A DNA stretch of 64,000 bases from Trichosphaerium sp. ATCC 40318 (lineage: Eukaryota; Protista; Tubulinea), in the NCBI GenBank assembly GCA_038496445.1, contig JALMLS010000064.1, forward strand, positions 774,758 through 838,757, written 5' to 3'. The translations under genes were made by a program, and so were the position numbers. How positions within the stretch are numbered: position 1 is the first letter of the stretch; every line of letters starts with the position of its first letter. Below are positions 13,798 through 26,378 of the stretch, piece by piece. The notes below the pieces were generated by a model, which saw only the letters and a program-made list of their open reading frames with translations, did no database searches and had not been told where the DNA came from.

Positions 13798-16700
13798 CTA
13801 CAAAGTAAAGCAGTATAGATAATCATCCCGGCATCCAACAAGCAATTTTCTCTTTGGTGATACTATCGGTGATGAAAAAACATCACCATCAAGCTTTATC
13901 TTGCATATGTCATTCCATTCTCTTGTACCAACAACAGACAAGTACCCTTTAATATTCACAACAGCCAATGCAGTATCATTATGAGATAACTTAACTACAA
14001 AGAGACAGTAAGTAAACAACAAGGACAACAAATGTTGCTGTTTCAAAGAACAAAGATTGAAAAAAAAGCTTACAAATACAAGGTGATGAGAAGAAGGCTG
14101 TGTTTCCATGTTTATATGTACTCGATATTATACCAGTAGCTCTATTTAGTATATATACTGTCTTATCATGACAGCCAAAGGCTATAAGAGGTATCTTATC
14201 ACGTGAAATAAAGTGAGAGATGGATGAAAATATAGGTGCGTTCATGTCATTGTTTTTCCATAAGGTTTCGCCCTTTGACGATAAACATACAACTGATGGT
14301 TCTGTTCAATTCTTTAGACCTTCTCGAATAGAAATATACTACTTACCTACTGTTGCTACATATATACAGTGGGTTTTAGGATCACATGTTGGACTTGAGA
14401 AGATTGGTTTCTTAAGCTAAATATTTCCGTTAAAATCAACTGCTGGTACCAAATGACGTACGTGTACACACCAACGTTCTAATAACTCACTGTTGTCAAT
14501 AGAATATGTCAATGCGCTGAATTTACCACCTTCATTTCCAACATACAAAACACTAAGAAGATGTTAAACAAGAAAAGTGAAGGAAGTGAAATAAAACCAC
14601 ATACCCAGTTTCAATGTCTTGAATTGGTGACGAAAAAATTGGTGATGACCCAATTGACAAGGAGCATATTAGACACTGATTATTTGGGTCTAATACATAC
14701 ACAAATCCATCGTGGCTTGCAACAAAAACAAAGTCATTACTCCCTTTCGATAGGAGAGGAAGAGGTGATGACTTGATTTGATGATTTGTTTGAAATCTCC
14801 ACTTAATTCCTCCAGTTCTTGGACAAAAGAAGTAACAATGTCCATCATAGCACCCTAGTTTTTATTTAAAACCACGTGATATTTTTAAAAAAAGTCACGT
14901 GTTCAAAAAATTGGAGAAATGTGCACGTGCCAACAGCAATGAACGAAGAATTGTTTGTTAGTATAGCTGATGACTCAATGCGGTCATCAACGCTTGTCTC
15001 CCATAGTTTTGAACCTGTATCAACGTTTATGCAAACAACAGATTTGTTATGAGATCCGATAACAACATGCTATTTAAAAGAAGTGTTAAGGAAGCACTTA
15101 ACTAAGTAGGTGTTCTAGCGTACTTCTTGAATATTACCTTGTACGTTAATACCATAAATAAGTGGTGTAGCATCAATACATTTACCAAGTTTTACTTTCC
15201 AATCCAATGACAAGGTAATGTTGCTGTTATCCTGTAGTTTGGTGTTTTAACAAGAAATAGAAAGAATAGAAAAAAACACCAAAACCAGTCACTGTAAGAA
15301 GCTACATGTTGATTGTTATCATACCTCGAATTGTACAACATTACGTTGTCTGTGACTTCTTTCAACAACATACAAGACGTTGTGATTATAGCTACTGCTG
15401 GGGATATCGACCTTTGGTTCTGATATTGTTGGGTTGATTGATGAGTTAGAATCCGTATGCAAACCAATATAAATTGACTCAACAACTTCACATAAAGGTT
15501 TTGTGACTAGGTCAACGACTAGACTACACCCATATTAATATAAAGCTACCAAGAAATAATAAAAATATGTGGTGTACCCAGACTGAGATGATGATGAAAA
15601 ACCAACACCTAGACAGCACAATATAAACTTCATGAGGCAGGAGATTGTAAACAAAAAAAATGTGTGAAAAAAAATACTTACCTGTTGACTTTATCACGTG
15701 ATCTATCACACGCACAGCATTAATTGAAGTACCACCAATAGAAACAAAGTATTTTTTTGATAAATCAAAACAGTCACCTTGATGTAATCCCGGCAAGACA
15801 ATTGACAATGCTTTGATAAGAAAATCTTGTACATCTTTTCTTGAATATTCACAAGAATTCAAGTCATTCTTCTTAACCACAAGTCGACTCAAAAGCAAAT
15901 TATCATCGATTTTCCCATTAACAGTGACTGGAAATTTATCAACAAAGTGAAGTTTCCTTGGAATTTCATGATCCTTCAAGTTCTTGGTAGCAAACTCGTA
16001 AATCTCTTTTTCCGACTCTTCAACTCCTTTTTTTTTTCCAAGTTAAATTTAAACTAGTAATAGTTGTGACAATGAGTACCTTTCAGTGTTTGCTTCAATA
16101 CTACAAACGCGATACAAGCATTCGTTCTTCTTGAACGTTCGATTAATACCCTTCAGATACATAAATTAGGTATGTCCGGTTCGTTGTTTGTGCATGTACT
16201 TTCGTACAAGCAATTCATACCTGATGTTTTCCACACATTCGCACTTTTTAAGTTCTTCTGCTACACCTTCTAGTATAACTTGCTTTCCATTTATCTTCAC
16301 CATGGTATCCACACGTGATATAAAGTATAATTTACCACCTTTAAGCGTTACTATATCTCCAGTGTCATGGAATCTTACAAGCCAAAAAGTTAGTGAAAAT
16401 ACACAACATTTCCTAGCCGTACATTGTTGGCCGCTTATCAACACCGACATAAGTCAACCTACTATCGCCACCAATTATTAGGTGACCACTAATAGAGTCA
16501 TGACCCTCTGCTACAAGTTGGTCACCATTATCAGTGGACTCAACATGAAGGCACTGTAAACCATTGTCATTCTTTATCATTAGTGCTGTGGAACCAAGCG
16601 GATTTCCTAGTGCTACAGCAAGTGAATTCAAATCAACTCTTTCAATTGTAGCCCACTAAATTATATGAGATAATTGGTATCCTTGGAGGCGGAAATACTA

Positions 16701-18158
16701 TACTTACAATAGAGCACTCAGTTGTCCCATAAATGTTAAAAATTTGAAGAGAAGAAGGACACTCTAGAGATTTAAATAGCTTCAACGGAAATTTCTCTCC
16801 TCCTATTACAATAATACGTAAATATTTAACGATTTCTCTTATAGAATCTGAAGAGTGCAGCCAAAGAAACGAAGGAGTACCTAAACAATAAATCAAAAAG
16901 GAAAAAAAAGAGTGACAACAAAAAACAGCCCAACATCACTTAGACGTACATTGCAAGAAAGTAGGTTTGTACGGCATAATTTGATGTACAAATTGGTTAG
17001 ACAGTTTTAGGATATCACTTGCAATAACAAGTTTAGCACCAGCATGAAGAGCAAGGAAGATATCAACAATACTGACATCAAAAGTTAATGAAGAAACAAG
17101 CACTATTGTGTCATCATGTGTAAGAGAGAATTTCATTGATAGAGATATCTTTTAGGAGTCATTAAAGAAATAAGTCTTCATCCAAAAAGAAAATCACAAA
17201 AGAATCCTTATCACGTGATGTTCAATCCGAGAAAATAAACTATCCAAAAAAACAAAAAAAAAAAGTATACGAGGTTGGAGACACAAGAAGTGTGTGGAAC
17301 AAAGACAGGTTTAGGTCTACCTGTAGTTCCAGATGTAAACATAACGTATGCTATAGGTGAAGGGAAAATGGTTGGTGATAATTGGCTAACACCGTTATTA
17401 ACCCCAGAAACCTTGTACGAATTATCTATCATCAAAATTGTTTTTTTGGGAAATTATTCTACACAACATTCCAAATAAGCACTTGTCGGTACAGAGTAGT
17501 GTATTTAGTACCTGAAGTTTGGAAACATTATCAGGGGTACACAGAATAATATTAATTGATGAGACATCCAGCACGTGAGCGACATGTCGTACAGGCCAAG
17601 AGATAGACAAAGGAACAAATGTGCATCTACAGGAATTGGCTTTTTATGAGGACTGACTTTAACGCACTCTGAGAATAACACTCTGTCGTTGTAAGTAAGA
17701 CATAATATGATATCTGGCGTAACATATACGTACGCTAGTATTGCTACAATAGCAGTGCCTGACGGAGGTAAGTAAAGTCCAATAAAGTCTGCCTTTTGTA
17801 TCTTTTTTTTTTTGTCTTAGCTTGATAGAACAGTGTTTATACATGCGCAATACCTACCTTTGCGTGTTGTAATAACTGTTTTGACAGCTGAAGCGCAAAC
17901 TGTCGTAATTGTTTGTAAGATAGCGTAGAATTGCCGTTTGGAGTTGTTGTTACGTAAGAAATAGCGTCTCCTACCACGTTGTAGGTTATTAACAATATAG
18001 TTATCCGTACTGTCTCTTGCCAACTCTATTCCTCCAATAAACTCAATTAAAGAAGTGTCACATCTAAACTTTTGCTTTAAACAGTTTGAACTGTTGTACA
18101 TTACTTACATTCCAACGCGGCGGCGTTTAACGTCGTTTGTAGACTTGAGTGATGTCAT
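13798..18158 (-). CDS. AASDH: AASDH/ACSF4-like NRPS-type enzyme (adenylation, thiolation, PQQ-like propeller), multi-exon
   Basis: YVMFTSGTTGRPK, NIYGTTEC, FHDTGD, RVDTMVKING, FPVTVNGKID; carrier-domain Ser in FVSIGGTSINA; propeller motifs GKCIDATPL, IAVGCYDG, VFSSP, VGCRDDYLYC. Confidence 0.9.
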
Positions 18159-18269
18159 TTGACATCTATTTGTGTACGTAGGATCACGTTAGAGAATGAT
18201 CAAGCTGCTTTCGTTGACTGTCGTCAAAAAACTCCACAAAAAACATAAATACCCTAATCAGCGAAACCA

Positions 18270-19328
18270 ATGGCCAGATCTCTAGCTTGTTTCGCACTTG
18301 TACTCGTTCTTGCTGCTTGTGTAGCGTTTGGTAATTCACCCGGTGTTTTACACCTTCGTTTTAGTTAACGCTAACCCACTTTTGTTAAGGCTCTGCTACT
18401 GTAGAAGATGCCTTTACCAGCGAGATGAAAAACTCTCCTCTCTGGGCTTACATCAAGGACATTGAGCTTACTGCGCAACCTAAGACCGGCACAGTACTTG
18501 TAGTAACTTTACAGTACGTTAAACAAATAACCCCGCAAATTGCGGCTCCATACCACCAACGTTTGTGATGTTATTTTACCCAACGGTGTGGTTATTTTTG
18601 GAGTCTAATTTCACTGTAGTGTGGAACCTCCTTCAAATGTCGATAAAGAAATGCCAACGCAGTTCTCAGGATTCGTCATCGTATACCACATTGCTCAAGT
18701 AGATATCTCTGAAATAGAACAAGGACACCCAGAAAAACCATCAAAAGAACACCATCATAAACATCATCATAACCATCATCACCACCATCACCACCATTCT
18801 TTAAAACCACACATATACCATCCTCATAGCCACCACCATCATCACCAACACCGCGTACGTGAAAATATTCGGTTAAAACATAAAAAAAAAAACCGCATGA
18901 AATGGAATTTAAACTAACGATTTGTACAGCCGCTTCAAGTAGAAATCCAAAACCGCTTGGCTCTCCTCTTTGGTACGTGCATTTTTAATTCAGGAGATTT
19001 CTTTTACCACTTTTTGCAGTTTTTGTTTTTCTGTTCTTACAACCGCCCTGACTTACTACTAGTTGCTGCTTTGATTGCTTGCTGTTGTTCTTGCTGTTGT
19101 CGTATGTGTTGTTCCAAGAGAAAAGCTTGCAAACGACCAGTTGAAGGTAATGACGAAGTACCTTTGGATACGGAAGAGGAATATTCCGAAGAAGAAGATG
19201 AACTTTCACCTGCCGCTCAATCATACGCTCCAGGACAATATGTACCAGTATACCCAGGCATGTACGCACCAATGCAACAAATGCCACGTGGAGCAATGTT
19301 GTACCCTATGCAACCTGTAGAAGAGTAA
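18270..19328 (+). CDS. Type I membrane protein with extracellular poly-His tract, juxtamembrane Cys cluster and Pro/Tyr/Gln-rich tail
   Basis: Signal peptide MARSLACFALVLVLAACVAFG; His tract at about 18750-18852; TM followed by CCCSCCCRMCC; tail YVPVYPGMYAPMQQ; GT-AG introns keep the frame. Confidence 0.7.
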
Positions 19329-19764
19329 ACTAAAACATCAGTTTACCTTATTGTTACAATAAAAAACTTTGTTTTTTGCGCAACTCCTTGTGCAAAACAA
19401 TCAAAAAAAAGCGTCTCTCAGTAATTAACTCCTTTTACTTCTAATGTATATTCAATATTGCACGTGAAGTTATCAAGTTAGATGAAAATTCTTGAGGACA
19501 GAAATGTCAACAATAAACTTTTTTTTTTTTGATTGGATGTATTAATACACTATCTCTGTTGCATGTTGAACTCCTACAGTATTGGTTTTATTTATTTTAT
19601 AATTATTGCATGCCTTTAGTAGTAGTGGAGTCGTTGTTATGTACATAAAATGGGAGTTTCTACTGGGAGTGGGGAAAGAGATGATGAAAAAAAAAATACC
19701 CATAAGATCGCCAAATTCAATTCTAAGTTCCTCTTCCTTTCCTTCTTTTTCTTTGCTTGCAAAA

Positions 19765-21793
19765 TTATTTTCTAGCATTATTGGCACCACCAATATATCT
19801 ATGTAGCATAAATGCACCAACAACAGCAACAGCAGCTCCACTAAGAAGTCCTAAAGCAGCCAAAGGTGAAAGTTGATCTTCTTCTGCTTCTTCTTCAATA
19901 GCGATAGCCTAAACGAAGATAAGAATATTGATTAAGGTTTTGAATAACAAAACTCCTTTTTACCAGCGGATTCTCATAAAAACATGAAAAAAAAAAAAAG
20001 AGAAAAAAGAAGATTTTTCTTTTTGAGTTTCTGGTTTTTTGCCGCCGTTAAATTTGACGTCGCATAGATGCCTTGCGTGAGAGAGAGGTACTCTCCTTTT
20101 TTCTATTTTGTTCATCTATAAATTCAAGCTCATTTATCCTTTCCTCAAGTATGATAGCCTGAAACAAATTAAACATATATAACATCGGTAATAACAATAA
20201 AAGTCAGCAAGCAACCTACCTCTGGTTCTGTAGCTGGAGTTCTCTTTAGTGATCTTAGATACTCACGTGCTTGTTTTAAATCTTTTGGGACAACTTTGCC
20301 TTCAATAAACATGCGACATAACTGGTTACATATTAATCAAACCAAAGAACACTCTTCAAAAAAAAGAAAGAAAATAACTTGTACGTACACGTAAGCAAGC
20401 TTCAGAACAATTTAGGTCTTTCGCCTTTATCCATAATTTCTGTGCAGTAGGATACTCACCACGCTTAAAAGCAACAAGTCCAAGATGATAGAATGCAATT
20501 GGTACACCTGAAGTCGATTAGCAAACAACAAAAACTCAAGTACAGAAGCACAACTTTTTTACCAAAAAGAAAAAAGCGAACACGTGCTAAACATCATCTC
20601 CTACGCACCTTGCTTTGCAGCTTTACTGTACCACTCTTCTGAAATAAACAAGTCCTGTTCAATTCCTGCAGTACCATTAAAGTACACATGACCAATCATC
20701 AACTGAGCCTCTGGATCATTCCATTGTTTATTAGCCATTCTAGGTGTTTTATTAAAAACAAGAACAGAAAAAAACGAAACGTCAAAAAACCCACAATCTT
20801 TTCTTTTAACGTTGACATAAGGAATGACTCTGGCGAGAGGTGGAATGACGTACTTCAAAAAATCAAGTGCTTTCGTTGCGTCTGTTTTTAATATATCTAA
20901 AAACTTTTTATCCAAGCCCAGGTATACCCTGGCTGCACCTTTTTGAGCCTAAACATGTTAACAAATGATAAAATAAAAGTGATTATTTTTTTCTTTATCT
21001 TCTCAAAGAATTGATAAAATCCTGTTTCTGACGGCAACAAAAACAAGCCATATATAACTACAGTCATAATATAACTTGTCAAAAGAGCGTAGAACACCAG
21101 GTAGAAGAAATAAAACGACAACAAGATAGAAAAAAAGTGGTGAGAAAGCAAAAACAACACGTACCAGCAATAACCCTTTCTTTGCTGCAGCAAGCATATT
21201 ACGAAATCCTTCGCGTAGATCAACCTCAAAATGGCGCCCATGTATTTTAGCTTGAGCAAACTCATATTGAGATTGACCATCAATGTCTTCTCCTTTCAAT
21301 ACTGGACCCTTTAAATAAGATGATTTTGTCAGTATTGAGAGACTGGATGATGAATACGTTTTTTTGTAAACCGATAGACTGATTTTGGCTGAAAAGGCAA
21401 CTTTTATCCGTTTTGTTGTCATTTACCTTTACTAGCATTGGCCATGGCGTTTTACGCTTCTTTTCAAGATCAATAGATACTTTACCATCAGAAAGAAACC
21501 ATAAGCTATGCATTACTGGCTCAAATAGCGTTCCCTATACCCAATCAGTACATTATTTTATAAAACGCCATGTTTCCGCGGCTTTTTTTTTCTGTACGAG
21601 TTCCTAATGCGTTACGCGTAGAAATAATACATACTTGTACAATTGGGGTTTGTCCTTTAATCCCAGCACAAATTTGATCATTCTTTATTATAATAGCAAT
21701 GTCTTTCTTGCTTTTATTCGGTGGTATATAGAACGAAACGCATGCTTCATCATGGTGATCACTCCATTCATAAAAAGTACCAAAACGCGACAT
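19765..21793 (-). CDS. CS (p23/NudC-like) domain plus Sel1-like repeat protein, probably tail-anchored
   Basis: YEWSD...IKNDQICAGIKGQTPIVQGTLFEPV...LW...LEK...WPMLV is CS-like; Sel1 repeats DPEAQLMIGHVYFNG..WYSKAAKQG and AFYHLG; terminal TM exon 19765-19908; 3' splicing ambiguous. Confidence 0.75.
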
Positions 21794-22215
21794 TCGCTCG
21801 TGTGACGTTTAATGCGCGTAAATCAAAACGAAATAGTGAATTTAGGCTCTTTGTAAGCCAAGTCAACCCATTTCATTTTCCAAAAACTTTCGTGCAGCCA
21901 AAACGAGCATGTTCCGTTGTGAGATGGCTATTGCTAGTAACAACTGATGAATTATACTTTTGAGGCTTAACGACTGTTTTGGTACTGAACTCAACTTTAT
22001 AAATCAACAAAGAAAAACGTTTCACTGAGTTAACAAAAAAGAAAAGTTTTTATTTTACCAACAAATACAAAAGCGAAATATAACATCGCTGTTAACCCAA
22101 TGTAATGACTTTACTTTTGTTTGTCAGCTTCTACAAGAAGAAAATAAGGTAAGAGAAGGAAGAAAACATTGCAAACTCAAAACTTCAAAAAAAAATTGAA
22201 CTCATTTGAACAAAG

Positions 22216-23925
22216 TCAAGTGACAGCTGTTAACGTACTTGGATCATAGTCTTCATCCAAGAATCTAGTCAAAGACTCGGCGGTGGCTACTTTAGCATCA
22301 CCTTTGAGCACTTTACCGATTGGCAAGAAACGCCATTGACCATCATTTTCAGGATCTCTGAATACCTTGCAGAAGCACAATCCACGGACTTTACCGAGCT
22401 TCTCATTGATGACGTAACGACATTTTTCATCTTGAGTCAAGTCATCGCACAAACGGACGTAAGCTTGTGGAACATCTTTGAAAGATTTGCTGCCTTTTAA
22501 AAAAATATGAGTATAAACAAAAGGAAAAAAACTGTTGATCAGAGTGGTGCAAGAAACATCGAACTTGTCTTTCTAATAAGAGTATCGTACCTGTGTAGAC
22601 ATGGATAACGAACACGAGGTTCTTGACGGATGCTTTAAGGCTGTTCAAGTTGACAGTGATACGTTCTTGGTCACCTTCCTTGTTTGAGCTTCTTGCATTG
22701 GTAATATCGCCACTGTGTTCGATATCAAATTTCTTGCTCTTTAGTTGCTTGAAGGAAATTGTTTCGATCAATTTATCCTTCTTATCAAAGAGAACAAGTG
22801 ATGCATCCAAGTCAAAGTCGGTACTCCAACCAAGGCCCTAATAATGATAAACAACAACTCGAACAAGTACGGAAAAAAAAAGCGAAATGTTGAACGAAAG
22901 CTACTGGGCACTGAATGACACGTACAACGAATACTTTGGCCATGTGACGTTCAACCCAGTTGAATACTTCACCACGAGCAAGCATTTGGGAGGATTCTCT
23001 TTTCAAAGTCTACAAGGAGCGTCAGCAAAAAAAATTATACGAAAGACTTTTGTTGACATTTGAAGTTAGTCGTTGAAGAAAAACTTACTGGCTTCTTCTT
23101 TGTTGTGCGAGCCTTCTTCTTTGGTGTAGTCTTGGTAGGACTGGCCTTGCGCTTCTTAGGGCTAGCTCTCTTGGTGGCCTTTTTAGGAGTGGTTTTTTTA
23201 GTGGCAGCCTTGCGTCCTCTTTTCTTAGGAGCAGGCTTACTACCAGTAGTTTTCTTGGCTCTAGTGGTCTTCTTTGTTGTCTTCTTGGTAGTCTTCTTAG
23301 TGGTCTTTTTCGTAGTGCGCCTGTGAACGTATAAGACAAAGCACAAAGGCGACAAAAAGGCGAAACGTATTTTTGAAGATTTGCCACTTACTTTTTGGTT
23401 GTCTTTTTAACGCTAGATACACGAATACGGTACGAAGCACGTTTCTGGATGAGCAAGTTCTTCTCTACACCGCTAGAAATAGGTTAGTTCGCAGAAAAAA
23501 TGCAATGTACGAACCCGGCAAGAGCATTTCTTACATAGCGTCTGTAGGTGCTAGGATTGACATCAAAGTTCTGTTCTACGTACTTTGCAATCGCAATGTA
23601 ACTGATAAACTACGAAAATAGTATTAGATTTGTTACTTCTGAGCAAACACAAAACAGCTCATAGCCAGTAAAAAACCGTTACATGTACTTGTAGAAAATA
23701 GGAAAAGAAAGTCGATGAAAGAGAAAAAAAGTGTTCTACGAACGATCTCTTCTGATTTTTCGCAAAATAAGTCCATTGATCATGCACTGTTGTTGTACTA
23801 ACCTTACGAACGTTACCAGCAGCAATATCTTCGATGGCGAGGGCAACCATCACGGAATAAGGCTTCTTAGTGGCTGTAGCCACTTTTTTTTTCTTTGTAC
23901 TCTTTGTTGATTTTCTGGCAGGCAT
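22216..23925 (-). CDS. Linker histone H1 (H15 globular domain plus basic tail) fused to a C-terminal TerD domain
   Basis: KKPYSVMVALAI...SYIAIAKYVEQNF...RYVRNAL..GVEKNLLIQKRASYRI fits H15; K/T/A/P tail with SPKK/TPKK; phase-0 intron 23010-23088 joins to VFVGLGW..DLDAS..HSGD..GDQERITVNL..LVFVIHVY..SFKDVPQAYVRL..WRFLPIG (TerD). Confidence 0.82.
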
Positions 23926-24457
23926 CTTTGAGTTCTTTTGAGTACGCGATGCGGTTGAGGTGGTAGGTTTATTTAAAAATTAAGGTCACATGTTACCGTT
24001 AAGCCAAAAGTAACCGTTGGTTTGGCGGCATTTACTTAATACAAGAGTGTTTATAACTTGTTCATTCAATAATTATTTAATTTTGTTTGGTTGTGTTTTT
24101 GATATTTTTTTTTTTGATAATTTTCTTGTGTTGTGGTGTATCTCCTTGTCTATTTACCTTCTCGTTTAAATATACGAACGTGTCAGGTTATATTCTCGGG
24201 TTTGTTAGGCGGATTAGATACTTATACTACCGTTAATGGCGTAAATCACATAACAGCAAAAAGCGACTTTTTTTTGTTCATAAGAACAAACCCCTGACCG
24301 CTGCTTATACATCCATTTGATAACCCTCGGTATCTCGCGTTATATCGCATACTAGTACAGTGTACTATCCTACGATAACACGCTTAAAATGGTCGCATTT
24401 GTGATGAATTTCCGAAGCCATAATATCTTTAGAGCGTTCTGACTTTGTTACGGGAGC

Positions 24458-26144
24458 TCATGTTGGAAATAATGCAAATGTGCATCGCGAGAGCCACCTA
24501 CGCATTATTGTTAGCATCTCAGGTATTATAACGATGCATGCCATTGCTCTGAACGCTTCATTCTCTCCTCTATATGACTTGGTCGTTCGTAAAACACTTT
24601 TTTATGTTTTTCTGCGTTACGAAGAGAATCCAGGACATCATTCCACGAAGACTGCAACATAACGCAACCAAGACGTCGTAGCTGATCAGACGATACTCGT
24701 TTACACTCATCAATAGTATTGAGATCCATCTTGTCTTTGACATACTCAACGAACTCTCGAATATTCTGTTGTGATTTCCAAAAGTTACGAGAAATACAGG
24801 CTATTATTAAACAAAAGATTGAGCAAAATGATATCAAGAGTAGGTCACGTACTGAATTTCCAAGGTATCCAATTGTATTGAGGGTATAACGAAACAAGTA
24901 AATCCTTATAGGAGTTCATACCACAGCTTCTAAATTCAAAGTAAATTAAAACGAGACGACACTTTTTTTTTTGATAAAACTCTACCGGACTACAGCTCCT
25001 GCACGATCAATTGATCCAAAATCAGATGCTGTTACATTATACCAATCATTAATTTGCCGTATATTCAGTTTTTGTTCAGCCTAGGGATCACCAAGTGAGC
25101 AAGATAGGTCGAGATGTAAAAAAGATATTCGTACATATCGAATAAATGAGCGTAAATTCTCCTGTTCACTCCAAAAATATCGTCTAGTAGCAGCTTTGAT
25201 AAAGTAAATAAAAACTCCCTTAAACGTAAATCATACTGAATTTCCAAGGTATCCATACATAGTCACAGTATATGACCTCAAGTAATCGGCCCAAAGAACC
25301 ACCGTAGTAGTGACTATCATGAAAAAAACCCGTTAGCTTCAAAGAAATAAAGATCGGCAGGTCAACTCTACCAAGAAACGTACTTTATAAGACGAGAAGC
25401 ACCCATATCATATAATTCACGCACGTGAACTTTATACCAATCACTAACTTTTTTTATATTAAGTTCAGCTTCGACCTATTTTTGGCGTGAGTTTTACAAA
25501 AGAAAAAGGTTAAAAAGAGAAAAGATAGAATTGTCCTCCATTTTTATGCGATTGAGTTGTTTAGTAAGTACCTCTCTTATGTATATTGTCTGGTTGCTTA
25601 AACTTTGCCAAAAATGTGTCGGTACACCCACTACAAAAGAGAATTTTTTGTTAATTCCAAAAAAGCCAATTTTGACACTTTTTTTCCCAAAGTGTCAAAA
25701 AAAAAGTCGTACGGAATTTCCATGGTAGCCATTTGTACATTGGGTAGTGATGTTTAATAACATTTTGAAGGGAAGTGTCATAATTTCTAATATTTTCAAA
25801 AAGTTAGGCTTTTGTCGTTTATTTCGTACTCATAGCTCATTATTCGTACCGAATTATCTTGTAACCGAGGTGACCACCTTTTCTGAAGGTTTTTTGACTG
25901 ATTTGATACCAACCGTCAAGTGTTTTTAATCCTAGACGTTTTTCTGTCTTTTAAGAGTAAGTTGACGCATTTTTATGGTTAATGTACGTCGTAAATGAAG
26001 TCTCGTTCGTCTTGTTGTGCTATTTTGTATTTAAAGTCCTCAGCCGCTCTTCGCATCTTATTATGTAAGTATTGTGCGGTTTAGCGATTGTTTACTAACC
26101 TTTTGAGTATGAGCTCGTTCTACGCGTTTTATTACGTTTGCCAT
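24458..26144 (-). CDS. Tandem repeat protein (FW..N.R.F / DWY / YP.Y.WxPWKF repeats), multi-exon
   Basis: Three to four spliced repeats, e.g. HYPMYKWLPWKF, VSDWYKV, YVWIPWKF, INDWYNV, LYPQYNWIPWKF, NFWKSQQNIREF; ends SEQWWLSRCTFALFPT*. Confidence 0.7.
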
Positions 26145-26378
26145 TAGTTAGATGCGTTTTACGACTAGCGGAGCACGAAACAGCGTATTGGATAACAAAT
26201 AACTCAGCAATGCTAGTTATCACTTTGATTCGTTACAATCGTAAAGGTAAGGCGAACAGTAGATAAATTATTGCACAATAACGTTCAATACACGACTTAA
26301 CCAAAAAGTCAAAGTGTCACATTTTGTAAAACAGAAATTAAATTTCTACCTGTCTCATCATCATCATCTGTTGATGCT

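Noticed and set aside
23060-23326. Very hydrophobic + strand ORF resembling a membrane protein
   Set aside because: Antisense of the Lys-rich H1 tail (AAG/AAA read as CTT/TTT)
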